Assembly (NCBI GenBank): GCA_913041145.1
Contig: CAJWHE010000006.1
Location: 6,176-70,175 of the forward strand
Direction: 5' to 3'
From: an uncultured Rhodobacteraceae bacterium
GTDB taxonomy: Bacteria > Pseudomonadota > Alphaproteobacteria > Rhodobacterales > Rhodobacteraceae
Length of the DNA stretch: 64,000 nucleotides
Shown here: positions 38,347 through 49,082 of the stretch, piece after piece
Numbering within the stretch: position 1 is the stretch's first letter
How the letters are laid out: every line of letters starts with the position of its first letter
Notes under the pieces: model-generated
Databases searched by the model: none
Told to the model about the DNA's origin: nothing
What the model saw: the letters and a program-made list of their open reading frames with translations, nothing else
Program-made: the position numbers and the translations under genes

Positions 38347-38715
38347 TTGATTTCTAATATTGACAAAGTAAGAGCTGATAAGTGGCTCTGGTTCGCTCGT
38401 TTTTTTAGGACCCGCTCTCTTTCTTCAAAATACATTAGTGAAAATAGTGTACGTGTGAATGGAACAAAGACCAAAAAACCATCAGCCAGTGTAAAACCTG
38501 GAGATATAATTACATTAACTATAGGCAATACAACTAAAGTTGTAAAAATTTTAAGTTGTGGTGTTAGGAGGGGCTCGGCTCTTGATGCTGAGTTACTATA
38601 CTCTTTACAATATAGTAGCTTTTTAACAGAAAATAAAAATTATGACAGGGTTGGAGCGCGGCCAACTAAAAAGAATAGACGCATATTGGATAAAATTAAA
38701 TCATCTCTTGAATGA
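38347..38715 (+). CDS. S4-domain RNA-binding protein (Hsp15/HslR-like)
   Basis: 122 aa. VRADKWLWFARFFRTRS is the typical Hsp15-type S4 N-terminus. The TTG start directly abuts the helicase stop. Confidence 0.75.
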   Translation: MISNIDKVRADKWLWFARFFRTRSLSSKYISENSVRVNGTKTKKPSASVKPGDIITLTIGNTTKVVKILSCGVRRGSALDAELLYSLQYSSFLTENKNYDRVGARPTKKNRRILDKIKSSLE

Positions 38716-38765
38716 TCCCTTCCTTGGTATTATTGCCGTGTTAAGTTATAATATTGGACTTAAAA

Positions 38766-39104
38766 ATGACATATATAGTTAATGATTTATGTATCGGATG
38801 TAAGCACACAGATTGTGTAGAAGTTTGTCCCGTTGATTGCTTTTATGAGGGAGAGAATATGTTAGTGATTCACCCTGATGAATGCATTGACTGTGGAGTT
38901 TGTGAGCCTGAGTGCCCTGTCGATGCCATTCTACCTGATACTGAGCCAGAGGGCGAAAAGTGGGTGGAGTTTAATAGAAAATATTCAGAACTCTGGCCCG
39001 TAATTATAACTAAGAAAGAGGCGCTTCCAGGGCATGATGAAAAGGCAGCCGAGGAAGGGAAATTAGAGAAATATTTTTCAGAAAAACCTGGAGCGGGCGA
39101 TTAA
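38766..39104 (+). CDS. fdxA: Ferredoxin FdxA (7Fe type, [3Fe-4S][4Fe-4S])
   Basis: [29 protein letters not shown]...[16 protein letters not shown] is the classic Azotobacter-type FdxA pattern. The track ORF starts 12 nt upstream (non-ATG). Confidence 0.9.
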   Translation: MTYIVNDLCIGCKHTDCVEVCPVDCFYEGENMLVIHPDECIDCGVCEPECPVDAILPDTEPEGEKWVEFNRKYSELWPVIITKKEALPGHDEKAAEEGKLEKYFSEKPGAGD

Positions 39105-39356
39105 TTTATTTTCAGTTTAAGAGCTAGTTTTCCAATTCATTATTATTTTAGTAATTAATTTAAGTTTCGAATGGGGCAAATCAGGTGGGGTAAAATCAAC
39201 ACTACTCAAGCTTTTGCAACTTTGATAGACTTGTGTTAGCAACTCACGAACAACAGAGCTGGGATTAAGAATTTTTTCAAGTCATATATAAATTATCTTA
39301 GTTTCCGTGATTTTTATAAGATTCACAAAATAATTTCTAAATAAAAGAAGGTAAAA

Positions 39357-39860
39357 ATGAATATTAGAAGTAAAGATTTTAAAGCTAACGAATACGTTGT
39401 TTACCCTGCTCATGGGGTAGGACAAGTAGTGAATGTAGAATCTCAAGAAGTTGGGGGTATTATTCTTGAACTATTTGTTGTGTTTTTTGAAAAAGATAAA
39501 ATGACACTTATGGTTCCAGTCGATAAAGCTATTGAAGTTGGTATGAGATCACTTAGCTCTCCAGAGGAAGTAGCACGGGCTATCAAGACACTGGGAGGGC
39601 GTGCAAGAGTAAAAAGAGCAATGTGGTCCAGAAGAGCTCAAGAATACGAACAGAAAATAAATTCAGGTGATATTCTTGCGATTGCTGAAGTTGTTAGAGA
39701 CCTGCATAGAAGTGACGGTCAAAGGGAACAAAGTTATTCTGAAAGGCAGTTGTATGAGGCGGCGCTTGAGAGATTAACTCGTGAAATAGCGGTTGTACGT
39801 GGTGGTGATGACGATAGCGATACACGAAAAGAAATTGATGATGTTTTAATGAAAGAATAG
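39357..39860 (+). CDS. carD: CarD/CdnL family RNA-polymerase-binding transcription regulator
   Basis: 167 aa. YVVYPAHGVGQV, the N-terminal TRCF-RID-like domain, and conserved synteny downstream of fdxA. Confidence 0.9.
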   Translation: MNIRSKDFKANEYVVYPAHGVGQVVNVESQEVGGIILELFVVFFEKDKMTLMVPVDKAIEVGMRSLSSPEEVARAIKTLGGRARVKRAMWSRRAQEYEQKINSGDILAIAEVVRDLHRSDGQREQSYSERQLYEAALERLTREIAVVRGGDDDSDTRKEIDDVLMKE

Positions 39861-39918
39861 ACTTTATAATTTCACATTTGAAATTTAACTATGAATTAGT
39901 TTTTGTGCTATTTGATTA

Positions 39919-40680
39919 TTAAAGTGAAATAACACAAAGTATACACACTTCGCATATTTGTTGTACCGCGCCTATAGTATCTCCAGTTTGTCCATTTATT
40001 TTCTTGGTACTTATGGTTTTAGCGGACCATAAAATGATAAAACACAGTGTTAGAACAATTAAACTTTTAATTCCCAAAAACAAGATAGTTGTAAACAAAC
40101 CTATTAGAAGTGCTAAACCTGTTGATACGTCGTCCGGACGGCCAGTGTTAGCGGAGAGCCCTATCTCTTTAGCACAAGGTGTAGCCCACATGTAAAAAGT
40201 CATAAAGCTTCGTGACAAGGTACAACTTGTTATTATTGCTACGAAAAAAAGACTCTGATCTATGCAGAGCTTTATACAGTACCATCGTATTAGAATAGAA
40301 AATATTAATGCAATAATCCCATATGTTCCAACATGACTGTCTTTCATAATTTCTAAACGATTTTCTTTGTTCCAGCCTCCCCAGAATCCATCAACTGTAT
40401 CTGCAAGCCCATCTTCATGCATTGCTCCAGTAGACATTATAAGAAGTATAACTGTTGCTGCCGCAACCAAACCACTGTCAAAACTGAAACTTAATAAAAG
40501 TAATCCAAAAAAGTAGATTGGTAGAGCTAGAAGTAAGCCAATCAATGGATATGCCCAATCGATAGATAGATTTGATTGGTTTCCCTCAAATGTTTTATCG
40601 GGAACGGGGATTCTAGTAATTAGAGCTACTGCTTTAAAAAAACTCTTAATACTAAATCTATTTGGATCAAATATGAACAT
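39919..40680 (-). CDS. cobS: Adenosylcobinamide-GDP ribazoletransferase (cobalamin synthase)
   Basis: 253 aa polytopic membrane protein. LTRIPV, the HEDGLADTVDG motif and GDTIGA are typical of CobS. Confidence 0.85.
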   Translation of the reverse strand: MFIFDPNRFSIKSFFKAVALITRIPVPDKTFEGNQSNLSIDWAYPLIGLLLALPIYFFGLLLLSFSFDSGLVAAATVILLIMSTGAMHEDGLADTVDGFWGGWNKENRLEIMKDSHVGTYGIIALIFSILIRWYCIKLCIDQSLFFVAIITSCTLSRSFMTFYMWATPCAKEIGLSANTGRPDDVSTGLALLIGLFTTILFLGIKSLIVLTLCFIILWSAKTISTKKINGQTGDTIGAVQQICEVCILCVISL

Positions 40681-40761
40681 TTTTTGACGTCTCAGACTAT
40701 TTCAATTTTAGTAAATACACTTTAGCAGGAAGTTAGACTAATTATAAATTAAGGTGAGTCA

Positions 40762-41781
40762 ATGCAACAAAATTTTTTTACTCTATTAGAGTATAATGAA
40801 ATACTTAAAAATCAACCAGTTAGTGATGAAAACTCGTTTATGTCAGCAAAAAAACATAACTCTCAACTCACAAAACCTGAAGGATCATTGGGAAAACTGG
40901 AGACTCTCGCGTTATTTTTTGCTGGTTGGCAAGGTGTTTCAAAACCCAAATTAGATAAAGTTCAAATAGCAATTTTTGCTGGGAATCATGGGGTGGCAAG
41001 TCATGGTGTTTCTGCTTTTCCCTCTGAAGTAACTGAGCAAATGGTTTTGAATTTCAAGCATGGTGGAGCAGCGATAAATCAATTGGCCAACGTTTTTGAT
41101 GCTAAGTTGGATGTCTATCCTTTATCCCTAACGAGCCCTACGAAAGACTTTACCAAACAAGAGGCCTTAACTGAGGATGAGTGTATGGAGGCTATTAATA
41201 TTGGATGGAATTCCGTGGATCCTGAAAGTGATCTATTTTTAGCTGGTGAAATGGGAATAGCCAATACAACTTCAGCTGCTGCAATCGCGGCGGCACTATG
41301 CGGTGATTGTGGATCTAAATGGGTTGGAAGAGGTACAGGGGTTACTGATCTTGTTTTAAATAAAAAAATAAAAGTTGTTAATAAAGGTCTTAGCATTCAC
41401 TGTTTAGATAATCCTTCGCCCCTAACTATATTACAAAGACTAGGTGGAAGAGAAATAGCTGCTATAGTTGGTGCTATTTCATCAGCTCGTCACAAAAGAA
41501 TACCATTTTTATTAGACGGCTTTATTTGCAGCGCTGCGGCACTTGTTTTACAAAAAACGCAATCAGCGGCAATAACCCATGTAATCTCTGCTCATCAGTC
41601 AGCTGAGAATGCACATAAGCTAATGTTAGAAGAGTTGGGATTGGAACCTTTGCTGTCTTTAGGCCTTCGTCTTGGAGAAGGATCAGGCGCCGCCGTCGCA
41701 ATTGGAGTGATAAAAGCAGCAATCGCATGTCACTCGAGTATGTCAACCTTCAGTTCTGCAGGGGTTACTAATAAAGAATAA
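40762..41781 (+). CDS. cobT: Nicotinate-nucleotide--dimethylbenzimidazole phosphoribosyltransferase
   Basis: 339 aa. LTKPEGSLGKLE, FAGNHGV, GEMGIANTT and GLRLGEGSGAA motifs are diagnostic of CobT. Confidence 0.9.
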   Translation: MQQNFFTLLEYNEILKNQPVSDENSFMSAKKHNSQLTKPEGSLGKLETLALFFAGWQGVSKPKLDKVQIAIFAGNHGVASHGVSAFPSEVTEQMVLNFKHGGAAINQLANVFDAKLDVYPLSLTSPTKDFTKQEALTEDECMEAINIGWNSVDPESDLFLAGEMGIANTTSAAAIAAALCGDCGSKWVGRGTGVTDLVLNKKIKVVNKGLSIHCLDNPSPLTILQRLGGREIAAIVGAISSARHKRIPFLLDGFICSAAALVLQKTQSAAITHVISAHQSAENAHKLMLEELGLEPLLSLGLRLGEGSGAAVAIGVIKAAIACHSSMSTFSSAGVTNKE

Positions 41782-42004
41782 GCTTTAAAAGGCTATTATG
41801 GAGTAGCTAGTTTTACTATTACTTAGATTTAGGTTCAAATAACTACTCAATTATGACAGTGTTTTATAAAGGTGTTTGTATAAATTTTTTTTATTAGAAT
41901 ATTTCAATAGAGGGTAATTTTATATAATTAGCTACTTTAATCTTATTATTAATAGTAATAGGTTTGAGCCATAAAATTTTGAGAATAAAGGTTAAGGAAT
42001 TGAT

Positions 42005-43576
42005 ATGAAAGTAGGAGCGCCGAAAGAGGTCCACCTTGGGGAACGTAGAGTGGCAATTACGCCTAGCTCAGCAGTCCAGATGCAAAAATTGGGACATGAA
42101 TGCATTATTGAATCGGATGCAGGTCTTGCTGCAGGATTCAGTGATGAAGCGTATAAAGAGGCTGGTGTGAAGGTTTTAAAGTCAGCTGCAGCATTATGGA
42201 AAGCCAGCGATATTGTGATCAAGGTTCGTGATCCAATAAAAGCAGAACAGAAGTTTTTTAGAGATAACCAAACATTAATTTCATTTTTCAACCCGGCAGA
42301 TAATGAAGAGCTTTTAAAGCTGGCGGCAAAAAAAGGGATAAATGTTATAGCAATGGAAATGGTTCCAAGAATTTCTAGAGCTCAAAAAATGGACGCCTTA
42401 TCCTCAATGGCGAATATTGCTGGTTACAGGGCAATAATAGAGGCTGGAAATAATTTTGGTCGATTTTTTACAGGTCAAATTACAGCCGCAGGAAAAATAC
42501 CTCCAGCAAAAGTTTTAGTTGTGGGTGCAGGAGTAGCAGGTTTAGCAGCTATTGGCACAGCCACCTCTTTGGGGGCAATAGTTAGAGCATTTGATGTACG
42601 TCCTGAAGTAGCAGAACAAATTGAGTCTCTGGGGGCAGAGTTTTTGTTTTTAGACTTTGATGACAATCAAGGTGGAGCAGAGACTGGTGGGTATGCCTCT
42701 CCCTCAAGTCCAGAGTTTCGTGACAAACAATTAAGTTTATTTCTAAAGCAGGCTTCTGACATTGATATAGTAATAACCACGGCACTAATTCCAAACCATG
42801 AAGCTCCTGAACTTTGGACAAAAGAGATGGTAGAGAGAATGAAGCCGGGCTCTGTAATAATTGACTTAGCTGCAGAAAAAGGAGGTAATTGTAAGTTAAC
42901 TGTCCCTGATGAACGGATTGTTACCGAAAATGGAATAATAATTGTTGGTTACACTGATTTCCCTAGTCGAATGGCTAACCAGGCTTCGACACTATATTCA
43001 ACAAATATAAGACATATGATTTCAGACCTTACTCCAAACAAAGATGGTGTTATTATTCATGATATGGAGGATGATGTTCTTCGGGGAGCTACGGTAACCT
43101 ATAATAAAAAAATCACTTACCCACCACCAGCTCCTAAAATAGCAGCCATAGCAACTCCTAAAACAAACAAATCTACCAAACCACTTTCTAGAGCAGAAGA
43201 AAAAAGCCTAAGTGATAAAGCCTTCAAGACTGCAACCAAGTTGCAAATAGGTTTACTGTGCGTAGGTGGGCTCTTAATGTTAGGTGTAGGTTCTGTTGCT
43301 CCAGAGAGCTTCATGCAACATTTTATTGTTTTTGTACTAGCGTGTTTTATAGGATTCCAGGTTATATGGAAAGTAAGTCATGCACTTCATACACCTTTAA
43401 TGGCAGTCACTAATGCAATTTCAGGTATAGTTATTCTTGGTGCTTTACTACAGGTTGGATCTAGTAACTTTCTAGTTTTGTTATTAAGTACTATCTCGAT
43501 CTTAATTGCTTCAATAAACATAGTAGGTGGATTTTTGGTTACACGCCGAATGCTTGCTATGTTTCAGAAATCCTAA
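42005..43576 (+). CDS. pntA: NAD(P) transhydrogenase alpha subunit (dI plus membrane dII part fused, E. coli-like)
   Basis: 523 aa. The alanine dehydrogenase-like dI has VLVVGAGVAGLAAIG. C-terminal TM helices carry the HTPLMAVTNAISG motif. Confidence 0.9.
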   Translation: MKVGAPKEVHLGERRVAITPSSAVQMQKLGHECIIESDAGLAAGFSDEAYKEAGVKVLKSAAALWKASDIVIKVRDPIKAEQKFFRDNQTLISFFNPADNEELLKLAAKKGINVIAMEMVPRISRAQKMDALSSMANIAGYRAIIEAGNNFGRFFTGQITAAGKIPPAKVLVVGAGVAGLAAIGTATSLGAIVRAFDVRPEVAEQIESLGAEFLFLDFDDNQGGAETGGYASPSSPEFRDKQLSLFLKQASDIDIVITTALIPNHEAPELWTKEMVERMKPGSVIIDLAAEKGGNCKLTVPDERIVTENGIIIVGYTDFPSRMANQASTLYSTNIRHMISDLTPNKDGVIIHDMEDDVLRGATVTYNKKITYPPPAPKIAAIATPKTNKSTKPLSRAEEKSLSDKAFKTATKLQIGLLCVGGLLMLGVGSVAPESFMQHFIVFVLACFIGFQVIWKVSHALHTPLMAVTNAISGIVILGALLQVGSSNFLVLLLSTISILIASINIVGGFLVTRRMLAMFQKS

Positions 43577-43588
43577 GGAGAGCTTGAA

Positions 43589-45034
43589 ATGAGCAGTGGT
43601 ATAGTATCAGCCGCATATATTGGAGCAGCGGTCCTCTTTATTCTCTCTCTGGGTGGTCTGTCAAACCAAGAGAGTGCGAAGCGTGCTGTCTGGTATGGAA
43701 TTTTGGGCATGGCGATTGCAGTTTTTGTTACCATCTTCGGCCCGGGCGTTTATAATATTTTTCTTATCTTAGCGGCTGTTTTGGCGGGTTCTTATGCTGG
43801 TTATTTCATTTCCGGCAAAGTTCAAATGACTGAGATGCCTCAACTTGTTGCAGCGTTACATTCGTTTGTTGGTCTGGCTGCAGTATTTATTGGGCTAAAC
43901 GCGGAAATGATGCTTAATAGCATAATCACTTTAAGAGACTCAGGCTTGCCAATGAATTCGTCTGAGCTGACAGGATTTGGAGAAAAACTTTGGCAAAAAG
44001 ATTATATAGAAATAGGTATTTTAAAAGCTGAAGTATTTTTAGGAATATTCATCGGTGCAATAACCTTTACTGGCTCAATAGTCGCATTCGGTAAGCTTGC
44101 AGGAAAACTTGATGGGTCACCAAAAAAGCTTAAAGGTGGTCATTATTTAAATGCTATTTCTCTGTTTGCTTGCTTAATATTAGGTTGGATGTATCTGAAT
44201 GGGGCAGGGATATGGTCGATGGTTATAGTTACGATTATATCAGGATTTATTGGTTGGCATTTGATCATGGGGATTGGTGGTGCTGATATGCCTGTAGTAG
44301 TGTCTATGTTGAATAGCTACTCGGGTTGGGCTGCAGCAGCCATTGGATTTACTCTAGGAAACGATTTATTAATAGTTACGGGTGCTTTAGTTGGCTCCTC
44401 TGGAGCAATTTTAAGCTATATAATGTGCAAAGCTATGAATAGAAGTTTTATTTCAGTTATCTTAGGAGGGTTTGGTGAAAATACTGGTCCACAAATGGTG
44501 GTTGATGGGGAGCAAATCTCTATTGATATCGACGGTGTCGCCTCTGCCTTAAATGATGCTAATAGTGTTGTAATAATCCCAGGCTATGGAATGGCCGTAG
44601 CCCAAGCTCAACAATCAGTTTCTGCCTTGGTAGGTAAACTTAGAGATAAAAATATAAAAGTAAGGTTTGCAATCCACCCTGTGGCAGGGAGATTGCCAGG
44701 TCATATGAACGTTTTATTGGCAGAGGCAAAAGTTCCTTATGACATCGTTTTAGAAATGGATGAGATAAATGAAGACTTTTCCAATACAGATGTAGTTATC
44801 GTCATAGGCTCCAATGATATTGTCAATCCCGCAGCGCAGGATGACCCAAATAGTCCAATAGCAGGGATGCCGGTACTTGAATGTTGGAAAGCACGACAGG
44901 TATTCGTTTCAAAAAGGGGACAAGGCACTGGTTATTCAGGTATAGAGAACCCACTTTTCTATAAAGAGAATACTAGAATGCTTTATGGAGATGCAAAGGT
45001 TTCTATCGACGCTTTACTACCTAAAATTGAATAG
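43589..45034 (+). CDS. pntB: NAD(P) transhydrogenase beta subunit
   Basis: 481 aa. N-terminal TM domain and the C-terminal dIII NADP(H) domain ([29 protein letters not shown]). Confidence 0.95.
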   Translation: MSSGIVSAAYIGAAVLFILSLGGLSNQESAKRAVWYGILGMAIAVFVTIFGPGVYNIFLILAAVLAGSYAGYFISGKVQMTEMPQLVAALHSFVGLAAVFIGLNAEMMLNSIITLRDSGLPMNSSELTGFGEKLWQKDYIEIGILKAEVFLGIFIGAITFTGSIVAFGKLAGKLDGSPKKLKGGHYLNAISLFACLILGWMYLNGAGIWSMVIVTIISGFIGWHLIMGIGGADMPVVVSMLNSYSGWAAAAIGFTLGNDLLIVTGALVGSSGAILSYIMCKAMNRSFISVILGGFGENTGPQMVVDGEQISIDIDGVASALNDANSVVIIPGYGMAVAQAQQSVSALVGKLRDKNIKVRFAIHPVAGRLPGHMNVLLAEAKVPYDIVLEMDEINEDFSNTDVVIVIGSNDIVNPAAQDDPNSPIAGMPVLECWKARQVFVSKRGQGTGYSGIENPLFYKENTRMLYGDAKVSIDALLPKIE

Positions 45035-45072
45035 AAAGACTACTGTTTGGCGTGACGAAGACAAATTAACCT

Positions 45073-46902
45073 TTAATAACCACTTTCAGAAGTTAAAACA
45101 AAATGGCCAGGAGAAATTTCAGCGTACTCCGAAGCTGTAGCTTCATAGCCAACTGGATGTATTGGCGAAGGAATAGGCTTAAAGTTAAGATCCTTTTCTT
45201 GCTTCCTTTGTCGAGGATCTGCAATTGGAACAGCCTTAATTAGCGCCTGAGTATATGGATGTTGGGGGTTTTCGAAAACAGAGGTACGAGACCCTAACTC
45301 CACAATTCTTCCTAAGTACATTACACCAACCTGGTGACTAACTCTTTCTACGACTGCCATGTCGTGACTAATAAATAGGAAAGAAAGACCTAATTCAGCC
45401 TGAAGTTCCATCATCAGGTTTAACACTTGGGCTTGAACTGATACATCTAGAGCAGATACCGCCTCATCGGCAATAATGAGCTTTGGATTAAGAGCCAGCG
45501 CTCTTGCAATCGCTACTCTTTGTCTTTGTCCTCCTGATAGCTCATGTGGGAATCTCCGCATAAAGCTCTTTGGAAGTTCCACTCTATCAAATAATGTTGC
45601 AACACGGTCATCTAAATCTTTTCCTCTATGTGTGTCAAAGTTTCGTAAGGGTTCTGCAACCTGATCTGAAAGTTGCATTTGAGGATTTAAAGAGGCAAAC
45701 GGGTCTTGGAAAACCATCTGTATATGCCTTCGGGCTTCTCTAAGGTCTTTTTGTGATAGAGCTAAAATATCTTGACCATCTAGGTTAATACTGCCTGACT
45801 TTGGTTCAACTAATCTTAAAAGTGATCTGCCTGCAGTTGATTTCCCACAACCTGATTCGCCCACTAGAGATAGTGTCTGTCCTTTATTTATCGTAAAAGA
45901 GACATCTTCAACGGCATGGACGTTTGCTACTGTTCTTCTAAAAAAACCACCTTTTACAGGGAATCGTGTGGTTAAATTATTGACTGTCAGAAGCGCCTCA
46001 GTCGTTCCTGGTATCGGTTCTAAATTTTGATTTTCAACGCCTACTAAACGCATGGGTTCCGGTAGATCTTTGCCTCGCATCTCTCCTAATTTTGGTACAG
46101 CGGCCAGCAACGATTTAGTATACTCATGCTTTGGGTTTTCAAAAATCTGCTCTACTGTTCCTTCTTCTACCTTTTTCCCTTGATACATTACTATTACTCT
46201 ATCAGCCATTTGAGCTACTACGGCCATATCATGAGTTATGAACATTACTGCCGTGCCTGTTTCACGTTTTAACCTGTCCATTAAAGCAAGAATTTCAGCT
46301 TGAATAGTTACGTCAAGGGCAGTCGTTGGTTCATCAGCGATAAGAAGACGGGGCTCACAAGCCATTGCCATTGCAATTACAACCCGCTGCCTCATTCCGC
46401 CTGAAAGCTCATGTGGATATTGTTTAATTCGATGCTCAGGTTCTGGAATTCGAACTTCCTTTAGAAGTTCCATTGCCCTTTCTTTTGCCTGAGATTTATT
46501 CATTTTTTTATGTAGTCTGAGTCCTTCCGTAAGTTGGCGCTCAACCGTAAATACAGGGTTTAATGCTGTCATTGGTTCCTGGAAAATCATTCCTATTTCA
46601 TTACCACGGATTGTCCTCATTAAGGACATATCAGTTTTAACAACATCAATTTTTTCACCGTTTTTCCGATCAAAAATTAATTCGCCATCAGTAATTCTTC
46701 CTCCGCCAAACTCTACTAACCTCATCATAGATAATGATGATACAGATTTTCCTGACCCAGACTCTCCTACGATACAGACTGTTTCTCCAGCATTCACATC
46801 AAAAGAAACGTCCTCTACACCAGTTACTGTGCCATCTTTTGTTTCAAATTCAACTTTTAGACTGCGATAGGAAGCAATTGGGTTTTGGAGTTCATCTAAC
46901 AT
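45073..46902 (-). CDS. Fused double-ATPase subunit of a peptide/nickel-type (PepT family) ABC importer
   Basis: 609 aa. Two complete cassettes: GESGSGKS / LSGGMRQRV / [12 protein letters not shown] and GESGCGKST / LSGGQRQRV / [12 protein letters not shown]. Confidence 0.9.
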   Translation of the reverse strand: MLDELQNPIASYRSLKVEFETKDGTVTGVEDVSFDVNAGETVCIVGESGSGKSVSSLSMMRLVEFGGGRITDGELIFDRKNGEKIDVVKTDMSLMRTIRGNEIGMIFQEPMTALNPVFTVERQLTEGLRLHKKMNKSQAKERAMELLKEVRIPEPEHRIKQYPHELSGGMRQRVVIAMAMACEPRLLIADEPTTALDVTIQAEILALMDRLKRETGTAVMFITHDMAVVAQMADRVIVMYQGKKVEEGTVEQIFENPKHEYTKSLLAAVPKLGEMRGKDLPEPMRLVGVENQNLEPIPGTTEALLTVNNLTTRFPVKGGFFRRTVANVHAVEDVSFTINKGQTLSLVGESGCGKSTAGRSLLRLVEPKSGSINLDGQDILALSQKDLREARRHIQMVFQDPFASLNPQMQLSDQVAEPLRNFDTHRGKDLDDRVATLFDRVELPKSFMRRFPHELSGGQRQRVAIARALALNPKLIIADEAVSALDVSVQAQVLNLMMELQAELGLSFLFISHDMAVVERVSHQVGVMYLGRIVELGSRTSVFENPQHPYTQALIKAVPIADPRQRKQEKDLNFKPIPSPIHPVGYEATASEYAEISPGHFVLTSESGY

Positions 46903-47278
46903 GGCTAACTTTCTTGAATGTAGCAGAATTTAAATAGATTGGTTATAACACGTAATGTGGATTGCTCTGAAGCACATGTCAATTAATTGCTGTTTATTTT
47001 TTTTTATTGGTAAATTAGTACTACGTAAAATAAAAGTGTTTCTCATATTGTGATATAAATATTGAAGATAATTTTAAAAATAGATCATAAATTATTTTTT
47101 TTAATTTCTTTCTAATATTTTTGTTTGAATTTTCTCAAAATTATGTTTCGTTGTATTTATTACAAATAATATACGATTCTAGAATAATAAGTTACTTGAA
47201 ATAATTACCATAAAAAGTTAGCTTGTGATCCTGGAGTTGATTATAAATTTAGCTTCAGAATAAAAAAGGGAGATAAAA

Positions 47279-48976
47279 ATGAACTTAAAGAGTATATTAC
47301 TCGGTGCTGTAGTGGCCTTGGCGTTTGCGCCAGCGTCGTTTGCGGGTCGAGGAACTGATGGAGAAGTCAAAATAATTTATTGGCAAGCACCATCAATTTT
47401 GAATCCGTACCTTTCAAATGGTACTAAAGATATTGAATCATCATCTTTAATAATTGAGCCGTTAGCGCGATATAACCAAGATGGTGCGATGGTTCCATAT
47501 CTTGTCACAAGCATACCGACTCTAGGAAATGGTGGAGTTAGTGCAGATCAGAAATCGATAACGTGGAATTTAGACCCAGCTATTGTCTGGTCTGATGGTA
47601 CTCCGTTGACTTCAGCGGATGTTAAATTCACATATGATTACTGTATGGATCCAAATGGTGGTTGTGCAAATACTGTTAAATTTAACGGTGTAACAGGCAT
47701 AGATACTCCAGATGCATCAACAGTGGTTATAAATTTTGCTGAAGCGTCACCAAATCCATATGGACCTTTTGTTGGTGGTCAAACGCCAATTTTACAAAAA
47801 GCGCAATTTGCTGACTGTATGGGTGCAAAAGCTCAAACTTGTACAGCAGAGAACTTTGGACCTGTTGGAACTGGACCATTTAAAGTAGTAGATTTCAAAC
47901 CAAATGATGTAATCAGAATGGTTGCGAATGATAACTACCGTGATCCTAACAAACCAGCTTTCGCTACTTTACTATTTAAAGGTGGTGGAGACGCTACAGG
48001 CGCTGGACGTTCTGTAATGGAAACTGGTGAGTTTGATTATGCTTGGAACCTTCAATTGGCACCAGACGTAATTGCAAAAATGGAATCAGCTGGAAAAGGT
48101 ACCGTAATTGTTGGGTTTGGACCTAGTGTTGAGCGTATTGAAATTAATATGACCGATCCGTCACCTTCATTGGACGCTGATACACGTGCTACACGAAAGG
48201 CACCTCATCCATTCCTATCGGATATCCGTGTTCGTAAAGCGCTGTCTCTTGCAATTGACCGCGTTCTTCTGACGGAGATTGGTTATGGACAAATGGGTAA
48301 GCCTACATGTGATTTAGTTGCAGGTCCTGCTGTCTACTCGTCACAAAATACTCACTGTATGAAGCAAGATATCGCTGGCGCTAATAATCTACTCGATAAT
48401 GCAGGTTGGGTAATGGGTTCTGACGGTGTTCGTACAAAGGATGGCATGAGATTGTCAGTTCTTTATCAAACATCTACAAATGCGGTTCGTCAAGACTACC
48501 AAGCACTCGTAAAACAGTGGTGGGGAGAAATTGGTGTTGAAACAGAGTTGAGAAACCTGAGCGCGTCAATATTCTTTGGTGGAGATCCATCAAGCCCTGA
48601 CACATTCCAAAAATTCTATTCGGATGTAGAAATGTATACGAATAACTTTGATGGAACAGATCCTCAGTCATACTTGGCTATGTACCTTTGTGGTAACGAA
48701 CCAAAACCAGAGAGCCAATGGCAAGGTGAGAATATCAACCGTTACTGTGACATAGCATATGATGCACTTCATGCTGAGTTGACTAGAACTGGTGATATGG
48801 AGAAACGTTATGAGATAGCTAAAAGACTTAACGATATGTTAACAAAAGATAGCTATACTATGATTCCTCTCACTCATCGTGGTGGTGTGGCAGCTCACGC
48901 TAAATCACTTGGTGGTGTTGTTATGAACTCTTGGGATTCTGAGCTTTGGAACGTGTCCGATTGGTATCGTAAGTAA
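47279..48976 (+). CDS. ABC transporter substrate-binding protein, family 5 (peptide/opine/nickel type)
   Basis: 565 aa with a signal peptide (MNLKSILLGAVVALAFAPASFA). SBP_bac_5-like features. GGGAG Shine-Dalgarno upstream. Confidence 0.8.
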   Translation: MNLKSILLGAVVALAFAPASFAGRGTDGEVKIIYWQAPSILNPYLSNGTKDIESSSLIIEPLARYNQDGAMVPYLVTSIPTLGNGGVSADQKSITWNLDPAIVWSDGTPLTSADVKFTYDYCMDPNGGCANTVKFNGVTGIDTPDASTVVINFAEASPNPYGPFVGGQTPILQKAQFADCMGAKAQTCTAENFGPVGTGPFKVVDFKPNDVIRMVANDNYRDPNKPAFATLLFKGGGDATGAGRSVMETGEFDYAWNLQLAPDVIAKMESAGKGTVIVGFGPSVERIEINMTDPSPSLDADTRATRKAPHPFLSDIRVRKALSLAIDRVLLTEIGYGQMGKPTCDLVAGPAVYSSQNTHCMKQDIAGANNLLDNAGWVMGSDGVRTKDGMRLSVLYQTSTNAVRQDYQALVKQWWGEIGVETELRNLSASIFFGGDPSSPDTFQKFYSDVEMYTNNFDGTDPQSYLAMYLCGNEPKPESQWQGENINRYCDIAYDALHAELTRTGDMEKRYEIAKRLNDMLTKDSYTMIPLTHRGGVAAHAKSLGGVVMNSWDSELWNVSDWYRK

Positions 48977-49017
48977 AGTCAGTAATTCTAGATTTAAAAT
49001 CTAAAATTAAAAGTTTT

Positions 49018-49045
49018 TGGGCCTCAGAATAATATCTGGGGCCCA
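49018..49045 (+). other. Intercistronic stem-loop between the SBP and permease genes
   Basis: TGGGCCTCAGA (49018-49028) pairs with TCTGGGGCCCA (49035-49045) with one mismatch across a 6-nt loop. No T-run, so it is more likely an mRNA-stabilising or attenuating hairpin than a full terminator. Confidence 0.45.
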
Positions 49046-49082
49046 TAACATAAAATAAGAATTTTTCAAAAAGGTCCGATAC

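Noticed and set aside
39861-39918. Terminator after carD (AATTTCA-CATT-TGAAATT hairpin).
   Set aside because: The stem is 7 bp of all-A/T pairs apart from one G-C, with no clear U-tract. It is too weak to call.
40681-40761. Cobalamin riboswitch near cobS/cobT. I also looked upstream of mcm at 22846-22963.
   Set aside because: The spacers are too short (81 and 118 bp) and lack a B12 box (GCCACTG-like). The only GCCACTG I noticed is on the minus strand inside the guanine deaminase coding region near 3900.
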